This document shows, in pieces, positions 13,001 to 25,423 of a stretch of 64,000 nt of DNA. The stretch comes from Azolla caroliniana (taxonomy: Eukaryota > Plantae > Polypodiophyta): positions 17,732,001 to 17,796,000 of the forward strand of contig JBHGNT010000009.1 in NCBI GenBank assembly GCA_043228905.1. The letters are read 5' to 3'. Every line of letters begins with the position of its first letter. The stretch's first letter is position 1. Both the position numbers and the translations under genes were made by a program. Below the pieces are notes generated by a model. That model ran no database searches and had not been told where the DNA came from. It was given only the letters and a program-made list of their open reading frames with translations.

Positions 13001-13607
13001 TGATTGATATGTGTATATTGCGTGCTGTTCAGCTGGTAAAATACTTTGTATGGCCAATGTTTTAGGATTCTACACCTAAAATTGTTTCAGAAGTTATGAC
13101 TCTTGTGTGGATATATGTAATACATGTATTGACTCATTTGTAGCTACTTTGGTGTTGCTGTTGGTGGTTCAACTGCATTTTTATGTGACTTATAAATCTA
13201 TCATTAAGTTACTGGCTTTGAAAGTGATGGATCAGTTTTCACATTGTCAATTACTTCCTACAGAAAATGGTGTCCTAAAGCGAAGTTTGGTAAAAGGACT
13301 AGGAGATCACTATATATGTTGACGAATGGAAATGCAAATGAGCTAAGGGATGTGGCATTCCTGACTGCAGGTAGAGTCTATTTTCTACTCATAAAATATG
13401 ATATTGTGTATGTACAGCCAGACATAGATATGTGACTCAAAAAAGAAATCATTGTGCTGCTAATATTGTTTAATGATCTCTTTCGTGATCAAGATTATAT
13501 TTGCATATACATAGTCAATATGTTTTTGAGAGATGTTTCATGTGATCCCAGGTGGTTTGCGGGATGCTGTGATCCAACAGCCAGCTGAGCAGCAAACTGT
13601 GGCCTGA
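7057..13607 (+). CDS. DAP3: Mitochondrial small-subunit ribosomal protein S29 (DAP3/mS29), 8 exons: 7057-7688, 9000-9232, 10175-10440, 11833-12087, 12183-12269, 12667-12839, 13264-13370, 13552-13607 (602 aa)
   Basis: P-loop DGLPGSGKS, WARSEGWLV, LWDTPVQAASML, PVLIAVDEFNSWFTFS, LTNGNANELR; GT-AG junctions give one continuous 1809-nt frame; Arg/Ser-rich presequence. Confidence 0.9.
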
Positions 13608-16600
13608 TGAAGAAAACTTCAAGAGTCACTTCTTGTGTTAAATACTGAGCCTGAATCAAGGAGGATAAGAACTTCAGGTTTTCTGGTCTGTCTGTATGCC
13701 CATAATTGGAGGGGTTTCTTATAGAATTTGAATGATACAATCTTCATTGGGGAAGTGTGAGTTTATGATAACATGCGGAATAAAAGAAAATGGGGATTGC
13801 CATTATCATAATGGAGTTTTGATATGTTCTATCTTGTTGCTAATGCAATTCCATTAAATTTCTGTTGTATTGACGACCTGATTAATGTATCATATATGCG
13901 ATTTTCATGTGTTGTCTCTGATTCACAATAATTGTTTTTTCCGTTGCAATATATATATATACCAGAAATAACACATAATTCATGATGTGGGTATCCATTT
14001 TGATGCAAAGCTCGAGGGTGGATGTATTCATGGTATTTCAATTTGAATATCTCTTTGTGTGTTGCCTACCCCCCTCCCCTCCCCCCCCAAAAAAAAAACA
14101 CATACAGGGTTTGCCTGTGTTGTGAACCTAGTGAACTAAGAATTTATTTTGGTACGTGAGGTTGTTTTCTTGATTTAGTTTCGTGACATTGGTTCTTTCA
14201 AGTTATGATAGAACAATCAATTTTTCATTGTTGTATAGTGGGTTTATATGAAAGACAAGTCTTGCAATGAAATTTTGGTATTTGCCATTGACTAATAAAC
14301 TAAAAGGCAGGCCAACATGAAAAATGTACTGGTATTGCTTCTGTAAATATTAAAAATGAACTAATCAGCCCTCATTTATATTTAAGAAGACAAGCCAAGA
14401 TAAAAAAAGGTAGAAAGAAGGAAACATCTGTATTTTCGTAAATCTATAAGCCCTCAAATCCTAGTTTTTGGCTTTTATCCAACACGAGGCTTCTGCAAAA
14501 CATGATGAAATTGGACTGTTTTGTGTTTGGGATATGGAGCACATGTGTATGCATGCTTTATTTGGCTGAGGCTGATCTAAAATCATGTGTAATTGTATTG
14601 ACCAAGGCTGATTTGAGCTATACCATGTACATGAAGTTAAGGATTATGTGGCCTAATTTTGTCTCGACAACATTGCCTTTTGGTGTAATCATAGTGTCAT
14701 TGATCTGATATCCTGTCATCAATGAGGCATTGTTTGAAGTGTTAATATAAGCACACAAGTGACTTTACAATCACTTTGTTCTTAGTTGTGATAATTAAGG
14801 ACCTAGATTTAGTTAGCACACATCTATTTATCTTTAGATATCATAAGAAACTAGAGAATAAGTAAAAAAGAATATACATGTAATGGTAGGACAACATTGA
14901 GATAGCTGGACTAGGTGTGTGATAGATAATGTAGATTGGGACAGAGGATTGCCTTTAAATAGGTTACAAAATTGAGGTTCATTAGCTTCTAAGATGTCCT
15001 TTTGTCTACACTTATGTATATTAGGGAATTGTGGGCTAAACTCAACAATTATATGCATTTAAAATGTCGCAATGAAAATTTGAAATTCCATATTAGAGTT
15101 TTGGCACTAGTGATAATTCCAAATTACTGGTGCTGAAAAAGAAAATGCGATTTCAGTACAACCAAGGCAAAGATGAAAAAAGTCAGATTTAGAAACATGC
15201 TGCGATAAGCGATATTGTATGAATGTGCATGTAATTTAAACCAAGATTGTTATTCGTGTTGAATGTGAAGAATAAACAATTATAAAGTGGAAATATTTTC
15301 TTGAAGATATAGATTGCATACACTATCTGAGACAACAATCAAAGTGCACGGGCCTAAGTCAATTAGCATAGGCAATGTGGTCAAGTCCCAAAAAAACCAC
15401 ATTGGTTAATAGAGGACCAACTTCAACACCTTGCCAAGTTGTTCACAATTCATTAAGGTCCTACAAATCCTTAGGTTACCTCTTTGGTCTCCCAATTAAA
15501 AAAGAAGCAAGGAATATTGAGCAATAAATAATGAGCCTTAGACTTGATTCTCTCAATACAATGTGAGAAGGAGTCCCAACCATTGATGAACACATGTTTC
15601 ATCTTGTGTGTTAGCATCTTACATGGGGTTTAAACGAAATTATTTTCTAAAATGTGTCTTTATATCAGAACTTCATATAGATATCAAAACTTGCACTTCA
15701 TGACTACTATTGTGAGGGCATTCATGATATTCCTTCCACAGAATATGAGGTAATTGGTGACCATTGCATAAGAAAAAATAAATCCTCTTCCATTCATTGA
15801 ACATGCATTTGAAAGCCATGATCATTGCTCAAATTTGACATCACAATAGCAAGGATCATGTGCAGGAACTGAATAACCACATTTGTGTTTAGCAAATATT
15901 ATACGTTATTTCTGTATTGGTAAACCTTTAATAGCCTTTAAATTAGCTACATATTTGTAGGGCATTTGTAGTACTCTGATACTACCTTGGGTTAAGTGAT
16001 GCCTAACTTGCGATTGACATACATTGCATCACAATCACAATTACTTTTATGATAAGTAATTTCTAGCCCCACGTTGAAGACATTTTATGTAATACAGTTA
16101 GTTGCTCGATGCTTTTAAAATACGATGTTACACATTTTGTAAGAACTTCATTGTTATTTTAAGCATTGAGATGTCGTGCTCTAATATGTTATGATTTTGA
16201 TATGTGATTTCTAGTAATAAAATAAATAAAAAAGAATCTTTCTCTATGCTTTGCACAAATACTTACTAAGTTTCTAGCATGGTGAACATCTTATTCCCAT
16301 TTTCTGCCAAGAATAGATTCACAGCATGTCTGACTCCTGAATTTCCCATGTCCATGATTGATCTTTAATACGAGAACTACTATTTTTATCTAGGCACTCC
16401 CAAATTCCCGCACTTAAGTGTTACAACTCCAACATACTCCTTCGGGTTTCAGTGGTAGGTATGCACATGCATTTCGCAAATTGCACATTTTAACAAGATA
16501 ATATACACTTGGTCATGAAGACAATGGTATTTCCTTCGTTAATCCAATGCTAATAAATCATTTTCCATTTGAGTGAAAGAACTCACACAACAAGCAGAAC

Positions 16601-16737
16601 ATGGCTCATCTTTATCATCATTTCCTTGTGGTATAACAAAATTTATGTTCTTGGAAAGGAAGAAGCCTCAAATGGGTGAAATAAATGAAATTTGATAATT
16701 TCTGTAAGCAATGATACATATCTCCTCCTGAACCCTG

Positions 16738-19700
16738 CTACTCAATCAAGGAGATGAGAAGGGCAATACTCATACCTGATCCTAAAGCAACTAACTGAAG
16801 AAATGTTGTCTTTGCAGATGTTCCAGTTCGATGCATTTCTGGCAAGACTCCTGCTATGGCTATATAAATGAATCCACCCGCAGTAAAACCCTAGAACACA
16901 ATCATTGTTATCATATAGAATCTTTCATGAAGAGGACTTGACAAAGAAGCAAAAACAAACCGCTGTTTTGATTTAGTGACTCTAAGCAGAGTCATGAAAA
17001 CGCAACTAAAAAAGCAAACATAAAATCTATTACCTCTATAAGAGATGAGTTCTCTGGACTTCCACCCCACAACAAAGCCTGTAGAGAGAGGCAATCAATT
17101 CCCTTTCTAATTAGGAGAAAACATGCATTAAATGTTGATTTATTGTTTATTTCATGTTTAGCCATGTACACTTAAGGATGGAGAAAACATGGAGCCATAA
17201 AAACTCAAGATTTCTGAAATGTAAATGTTTTAAGATGACGACGATGATGTACCAGAGCTGTTCCTGCAAGTGCAACCAAGGCTGACAGAAAATTGAAAGC
17301 TAATGCCTTGAATACTGTGAATCCGGATTGCAATAAAACACCAAAATCACCAACCTGTAGGAAGTCAAAGAGTTAGGGTCCTGTCTATAATGTTTGTCTT
17401 TGATTAGATAATTGGTTAGGTTCATTATTTACTATTATGCATGGGAAGTTGAAGAAAATCTAGAAAGAAGAGTAAACTGATGGCAAAACTGGGAAAATAA
17501 TGTTTGAACAATACGAATGAGACATGAATACCATGAGTACAAATTCTATCACAGACCAAAAAAACTTCTCATCATCGCTCATGTTATTAGTATCCAGAGT
17601 AAGTGATCTCCTAAAAGAATCGACAAATTGAGTTTCTCCTATCAATCACATTTGAAGGTATAATGGGTATAACTCAGGTCACAATGAAGGCTGGCAAAAA
17701 GCAAATAAAAAATATAAGTGCATATGAACAGACCCCACCAATAGAGCTTAAGAAGTATTCTTTCATTGATTCTTTCTCATCCATTATGGTGATAAAATAT
17801 AGTCAGCATATTTTGCATGTGTGCTGCATGCTTCTGTCCCTGGAGAAGTTTTCAATGAACACTACAAGCATCAATCATCAGATCAATGCATGTTCCTAAT
17901 GGGATACTTGGTCAAGAATCAACAAAAAAACAAACCAAGCAGTTGTGCGGTATACTCTCAAGGAAATAATTACTATGCGGTAAGTTGATGAACATTTACC
18001 TCTTGTGGTATTTCATGTGCAAGCAAAAACAGAGTGCGGGACCAGCCACCAATAGTTCCATGGTTCAAAAATGCAGACCCAAGAGCCATGCCATCGGTGA
18101 AATTGTGCTGCAAAAATAAAGCTATTATTTTCCACATCTTCTATCATCAAGTTAGGATTTTGAACCACATTTTTATGATGAAACTTTCAAATATGGATTG
18201 CTAACACCATACCACTCCATCTGAGAACAGATTCAAGTACCCTAAAATATGATTAGGTGGGTCTATCTTCTCTATTGGTTTCACAGCTGACTTCTTTTCA
18301 GATTTATCCTTATCAGACAGCAACGGAGTTGTTTCCTTGATGCTATCTTTTCGGGCATTCTGTAAAGGCAAAAATAGTTGGAATGAAATCTGGCCAAATT
18401 TTTCACAGAAAGATATTCTACTTACTTTACGACGACGAGGTTCATGTGCATTTGTTTTCTCTTGGGTAGAATCATTTGCCTTCTCCTTGAGAGTCTCTTT
18501 ATCAGGAACATTTTCTTGACCTTGATTTTCCCCATCTCCTCTGTGTTCATCATTACGATCGTCCTCATGATGATGATGATGATGGTGATGATGACCCCAA
18601 GTCAATGCACCTTTTGAAGAGGATTCCTCAACTTGTCGCACAATTTTCTCCACAATAAAGAACAAGATGATACCAGCTACAGAACCATTGGAGGTTATGT
18701 TAGAATAATTGTCAATCTACATTTACACTTGCCTACCTATCAATACATTTTAGTTACCAAGGACTGCAAGGCCCACAGATAAGTCCTGGATAGAATGGGC
18801 ATGACCATGTCCTTGTGCACCATCATCATGATGGCTGTGACCATGTTCGTGATGATTATGTTCCACATCATGGGCATGAGAGCCACCTAAAGAGCAAACA
18901 AGTATTAGAATGTTCTAAAATTTAAACAAACTGATTCCACTTACAACCATTAGAAAAATTTGTAATACCTAAAGCATGAGGTAACTGGTGTAAGAAGGCA
19001 TCCCCCAACATTGCTCCAGCCTGCATATGAAAGGTTATAATTTGATATACTATCAAAAATCTTGAAATTCTATCAGAAACAGAAAGACAAACAATATGAA
19101 TCATACATCTCGAAAAGACCCTCCTTTGGGATGATTAACTTACACCAAAGGCAGCTAGAAAATCCACGACGATCCTTGAGGGTCTCCCTTGAGCTGATTG
19201 CATATGCAAAAATTAAAGTGAAAGTAGTTTAGTCACATGTGAATAAATGACACGTCATGCATGAAGGTAGATAAAAAATACTTACCAACAATAAAGGGAA
19301 GAAGAATGAGACAAATTAGAGATGCCGTGCTGACCAGCAAGGAGCATCCTAAAGCTGGTAGCCAGAGACCTATTTATACCACAAGAAAAGAGGAAAAAGA
19401 TAAGGAAGCACACCACTAATTTAGTATAGAAATGTATGCTATAGACACGAGAAAATTGAGCATAGAGATTACAGCAGTCATAAATTAAAAAAGAAATAAG
19501 CAGCTAACAAAGAATATTTCTCGATCAGCAAAACAGCTGAGTGGTTAATTACAAATTCACAAGCATGCTATTTTACCTCTCCAAGCAATCATACTTTGTT
19601 TAAACAAAAAGTTCTTGAGATGTATATAGAGACGGTACAACAAAAATTTCCCTGGATCTGGATTCAATAGAGATTTATTAACACATTCAATATGAATGGC

Positions 19701-20742
19701 AAATACCCTTCATGCATTAGTCATATAGAGTGCAGCAAAGTGATTTTATCAAGAAGAAAGCCACTATAAGTAAGAACAAGGGGGTGGAATCAATATAAAT
19801 TTGAAATGAATAAAAAGGCTTAGTCCAAAATCTTATATAAGTATCGCTTGTGTAAGGATATTCTCACATAGGCTTGAATTATAGACAGCAGAGGTTTATA
19901 TAGTCAACTTATTACCATTTTTCATGATCTTGCTCCCATGCCAAATGACCTTGCTGAGCGGTCCCCATCAAAGTTTCAAATTTTGAAACATTTCAATGTC
20001 ATTTATGCTGAATTTGTTATATTTAATATACGCATTGTTGTGGTTTATGCAGGAAAAAGTTTGAATTTGGAAAAGTTTTGCTGTTATAAATGTTGAAGTT
20101 ATTATATTTGATATATGTACATTGCAGGTCAGTTCCACAAAAATATATTTCTTCATGTGTACATTCTACTACCCATTTCCACATTTTTATCTATACAATG
20201 ATCATCCCACCTAAACTCCATACTGACACCTGGATCTTATTTAACCTAACGTCTTTCCAAATCATGAAATTTTCGAACAACATACCTAAACCAGAAGACT
20301 TCTCAGAAATTTTGTGGTCATGATGGTGATGGTGGTGATCATGACTTTCCTCCGGATGAGATTGTGGATCGAATCCATACAAACGAAGCTCTTCTTCCTC
20401 TGCTAACTCCTCTGCAAGCTTAAAATGACCAGTTTTGGCAGAATGATGTTTGCTTTCATGTCTATGGTCATGATGATGACCATGATGGTGGTGATCGACA
20501 TCACGATGGTGGCCATCAGTATCGTGATCATTGTGACTATGATGAGATCCATGAGCAAGGTCAAGGTTATGTTTGTGTTCATGGTCATGAATATGGCCAT
20601 TGTCATGTGAATTCTGATCATGGGCATGGGCGTGGATATGGCCATCACCGTTGCTGTGACGACATGATGATGCAGAGGAGAGATTGATGAAGAAAGACCC
20701 ACCGAGAAGCAAGATCAGTGCAGAGATTTGGGCCCAAGCCAT
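16738..20742 (-). CDS. IAR1: IAR1-like LIV-1/ZIP7-family metal transporter, 11 exons: 20286-20742, 19286-19369, 19144-19193, 18969-19020, 18758-18886, 18426-18676, 18213-18359, 18000-18107, 17253-17354, 17034-17078, 16738-16890 (525 aa)
   Basis: Signal peptide, His-rich N-terminus, LAEELAEEEELRLYGF, GAMLGDAFLHQLPHA, HNFTDGMALG, HEIPQEVGDFG; exons sum to 1578 nt in frame. Confidence 0.92.
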
Positions 20743-20887
20743 GGCAGATCCGTGCTCTGTAACTGAGACCTTTCCTCCTGCCCTGCTACAGACATAGAGG
20801 AATATATGCATTGATTTTTTAAATGCTAGGGGCCATCAAATTATGAATGAAGGAAGTGGTGTGCCAAGTGGGCACCTTGAGGCTTGG

Positions 20888-21532
20888 CCATAAGCCAGAC
20901 CAAAGACTCTGCCAAATGGACTCTATCCCAAAGGCCACCTCGTATGGCACTTGTAAGTAAAGCTGACCAAAGAAATATAGGAAATGTACAATCGGACTAA
21001 TGTAGGGAATCGCCTTCGGTATAAGCCAGACCAAAGACTGGCGCAAATGGACTCTTTACCGATGATCACCTCGTATGGCGCTTGTAAGTAAAAGACCACC
21101 AAAGATATAGGAAATGCAGAATTGAGCTAATGTAGGGAATCACCTTCGGTATAAGCCAGAACAAAGACTGGTCCAAGTGGACTCAGTACCAACAATCACC
21201 TCTCATGGCGCTTGTAGGTAAAAAAGACGACCAACGATATAACAACTGTAAGATACTATTATGTTGGGAATCACCTTAGGGCATAAGTTTGACCGAAGAC
21301 TAGCGCAAATGAACTCCATCCCCAAGATCACCTTGGTATGGCACTTGTAAGTAAAAGCCAACCAAAGATGTAGGAACTGTAATTTAGGATTATGTAGGGA
21401 ATCGCCTTGGGCATAAGCCAAACCAAAGGCGGCACAAATGGACTCCATCCTGACAATCACCTCATATGGCGCTTGTAAATGAAAGCCGACCGAAGATGTA
21501 GGAACTATACAATAGGATTATGTAGGGAATTT
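20888..21532. repeat. ~131-bp tandem repeat x5 just upstream of IAR1
   Basis: ATAAGCCAGACCAAAGAC-like starts at about 20890, 21021, 21151, 21283, 21414. Confidence 0.9.
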
Positions 21533-22153
21533 CAATGTCGGTCTTGTTGTACTGGTATTGACGTCAACCATCATAGCTCTATTGATCTAATGATTCAGTT
21601 TTTTCTTAAAACGAAACCTTGAATGTAGGCATTGAATCTCTTGCTTGTCTTCTTGATGTTGCTTTGTTGATATGTCTCAAGTGGGTGTTCAAATGATTGT
21701 ACTTGCTCCATTAATGACTGAGGAATGCATATTTTTTATCAATGCATGACAAAGAAATGCATGGCTCTAATTTGAGGTGAGTGCCATTTGAATGATGAAT
21801 GGGTAGGTGATTTCACATGGTCAAGGAAGCCATTTATTTTGTTGCTTGGTAAAATTCATCCCATTAACCATCACATGGTTGAGGGAGGAGGCATGGATTT
21901 TGGTGCTCAGTGAAGTTTTTCCATAAAACATATGCTCCATTGGTATTAATAAAAGGCCCGGAGGCAGTATACAAATACTACATAATATTGTTTCATCTCC
22001 ACAAATATATATTATCAAAAACAAGACCAAATATAAGCTTTGGCATTTATCAAGATACTGCTAATTATAATCCATGAATATAACTCTCAACCTTGTCACT
22101 AACACCTTTACTAGGTAGAAGACCACATCTAAAAACAAAAACAATCTCCAACC

Positions 22154-22780
22154 TAGTTGTCCACCCTGGTTGGTAGTTTGAAAACTTCTTGTTCGCCTTT
22201 TGTTTCGCATGTACTGAACACCATACCCAACATATAAACAACATCTACGAGTATCCAACTTTTTCGATGTTTCAATCCCACAAAGACCTACATCTTTGAA
22301 GGAGAGGAGGGCGACCATGTCACCAAATGAACCACATAATAACACCTCCTCAGAAAACTTGTCTTTTACATGATATTCCATGTCCTCTGTATTCCCAATC
22401 ATATATGTCAGGTCTGGATCTGTAAGAAGATTCACAATCCCAACCTAAACACTTGCAAACAAATCTGAACTGATTCCATCATTTCTAAATACTGTTGGGG
22501 AGAAATAAAACAGAAATAAAACACAACATTGATTCCAGAGAGTTGTTGCAAAACAAACATGGCTGCTCCAATTGACCATTTCGGGCTCTTAGAACAGACC
22601 TCCATCCCAACTAAGAGCACTAGTTGTCCACCCTGGCTGGTAGTTTGAAAACTTCATGTTCGCCTTTAGTTTCGCATGTACTGAAGACCATACGCCACAT
22701 ATAAACAACATCTACGAATATCCAGCTTTTTCGATGGTTCAATCACACAAAGACTAGCATCTTTGAAGGAGAGGAGGCGA
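22154..22780 (-). pseudogene. Tandemly duplicated chimeric gene fragment (MFS sugar transporter part); second copy split by the Gypsy
   Basis: 467-bp unit starts TAGTTGTCCACCCTGG at 22154 and 22621; encodes IGAAMFVLQQLSGINVVFYF. Confidence 0.75.
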
Positions 22781-23000
22781 TGTCGTAGTGTAATTCGCAC
22801 ACTACGTGAAAAATTACATTTTTGGTTTCTCCGGATAGGATATGGAGTACCCAGTGAGAACCGGAAGGAAGAACTGGTGAGGACCGAAACCGGTCAGGAG
22901 ACCCGGCAAGAGCCGGATGAAGAAGGCCGGTGAGAGTCGGTGAGAAACGGACGAAGAGGACCGGTAAGGAGGATCCGGTAAGAACCGGATAAAGAAAATC
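22781..23000 (+). repeat. Truncated 5' LTR of the Gypsy
   Basis: Near identical to 32138-32358, then jumps directly into gag. Confidence 0.9.
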
Positions 23001-24683
23001 CGTGGATTGGGTAGAAACGCCGGACAAGGGGATGAAGGTCCTCAATGTGTTTTCAGCATTCGGAAGTCGGTTCGGGAGGTTGTATGCGAGAGATCAAGCT
23101 ATCCTCGCACCGGACAAAGTTATCCATGTTCTTACGAGCCATAGACGTCCGGGATTGGAAGGATCTTGGAGTGCTTCTAGAGGACACGACTACCGAGAGT
23201 GGCCTCACCGAAACTTGGGAAAGCGTGCGGGATATCGTAGCGCGATACACAAAGAGGGGGCAATGGCTTGCCAACGAAGAAAAGAGGGTTTCGGAACCGA
23301 TTCCGAAACCGAGATCCGGATCATAAGACCATCAACTGCGGGCTCGAGAAGCTACGATTGAGAAGGGAATCGACGCAACTACGGTGGAGCAGTTGCTGAA
23401 GGAGATGGAGAATCTAAACATCGCGATGGTGAAGAAGTCGGATGACCATCCCACAAGTTCCAAGTATATGGACTGTCGATGCATATGGTGCGATAGCACC
23501 GAACATGATCGGAGGGATTGCGACGAGCACAAGGAAGCGCTACGACAGGATCTTATCTACTACAAGGGAAATCGGATTCATTCGATGGACTCTCGGAATC
23601 CACTCCGACCGAACTTCCGAAAAGGCGGCATGAAGAAGGTCCTAGAGGAGGAAATAGCGGCGAAGAGCAATTACGCGACAACCGCGGGAATACGTGTCGG
23701 GGAGTCATCAGGAGCAAAGGTGTCTTTTTGGCCGGAAGTGCTAGAAAACACCGAGAAAACCGACTCTAACGAGATCCGAAGCACCGTGGAAGGCATCCGG
23801 GAAGCTATGGGATGGGAGTGCCCCGTCGATAAGAATAGCGTATACGCCCTATGTCAATTACATGAGGTATATGTAGATGAGAAGCGGTGACGCACGGAGG
23901 ATGGGGCTGGACCATCGAAGACACCGGAGAGTTGGAACTCCGACGGAAGAGGGAAAGGAAAAACGATTCCGGCATTCAAGCTCGCCTCGGACATCGAACA
24001 ACAAACGGACTTGAAAAAGGTGCTCGAGGAGAGAATCCTTGACAGCTGGGTAGATTTTTCGCTTCGGGAACTACTCGGAATAGCAAAAAAAGAGTTCCAT
24101 GATCTTCTTGTGGATCTCGTAAAAAGAAAAAGACAAACTACAGAGGAAAATGTGCCGATGGTGAATGCAAAGACCGTTCCGATGAATGACACCGAAGTGG
24201 AGGAGAGATTCCGAATTCCCACTATACAAAGCCACACTGGGCGCGTGCAACTACGGAGACTCTGGTTCGAATTGGCAACATCAAAGAGCCCGTGCTAGCA
24301 TTGATTGATCACGGATCGGAGATCAATTTGATGTCCAAAGAGTTCTACCGGAAGGGGAAGTGGCCTATTAACACCAATCATGGATGGAAGATCCGGGCGG
24401 CCACTAAAGCAACGAAAGATCTATTTGTGGCTTGTCCAGATGTGACGATGAAGATCGAGGATGTCGAGGTCGACCAAAATTTCTTCGTACAAGACGAAGT
24501 CTCACACTCCGTGATCCTCGGGCAACCCTTTATCATGGCACCACGGATGGAGACGAAGGTGCTCGATAGCAGTGCGGCTTTTGCACGAATTCGGAGCCAA
24601 AACGGAGGGAAATCCGTCCAATTCCTAACGGTGCCGGAAAATCATGAAAGGAACAAGAGAGAGCTCTTGTCCCAAACAAGGAT

Positions 24684-24747
24684 GGATTTTTAGAGCGGAC
24701 TGTTGCGGAGTGGGGAAGTGATAGTCCGAGAAGCCCTGATACCCCAC
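24684..24747 (+). promoter_or_regulatory. -1 programmed ribosomal frameshift cassette (GGATTTT plus H-type pseudoknot)
   Basis: Heptamer precedes the gag-pro stop TAG; the -1 frame is open into pol; stem 24696-24706/24718-24728, loop GTGGGG pairs with CCCCAC at 24742-24747. Confidence 0.7.
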
Positions 24748-25423
24748 ACAAGAAGAAACCTCTCGGTGCAAAACAAGTACGAACCGGTCCGGATGGGGCA
24801 TCCACATACACGGCCGTAACCGGAGGAATGAAGAAAGAATACCGAAAAGTGGAGGATAAGTTACGGTCGGCATCAATAATAGAAGAAGACGAAGAAATCG
24901 TGGGAATAGTCGAAGAGGTGTTCTATGGGAGCACACTACAATGGCTTGAAGAGCTCGCGGAAGATACAAGCCAGGGAAACCGGGTAATTCCGGTGGAGTC
25001 GGTCGAGATGTACAAGATCATTGTGAAAATGGGGCCGGATGCGCTCCACAAAGAAGAAGCAATGGTAAGTACGAAATACAAGACCGTGGAGAAGAAAGTG
25101 AAACCGGCCGCGGGACCGTTACCCGCAGATAGCGAACAAAAGAGGAAAGAAGTCTCGGGGGATCCGACACTTCGGAAGTCCATGGATATCGGACATGCCT
25201 TCACGGATGAGACCCGGAAGAAACCTTGGATCGGTGGAGGTGGGTTCCTATTAAAGAATGAAGAAGAACGATTCCGTGGGATGCTAGAGCGACATGGGAG
25301 AGCATTTGCATTTACATCGAAAGAAATAGGATGCGTTGACCCGAAGATAGATAGATAGATAGATAGATTATATTATCGTCTTCGGAGATCAAATATGACC
25401 TATGAGACCAAAAATATTACATT

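Noticed and set aside
22700-22770. Enolase fragment (IEKAGY-like)
   Set aside because: Match too short, and the flanks do not resemble enolase
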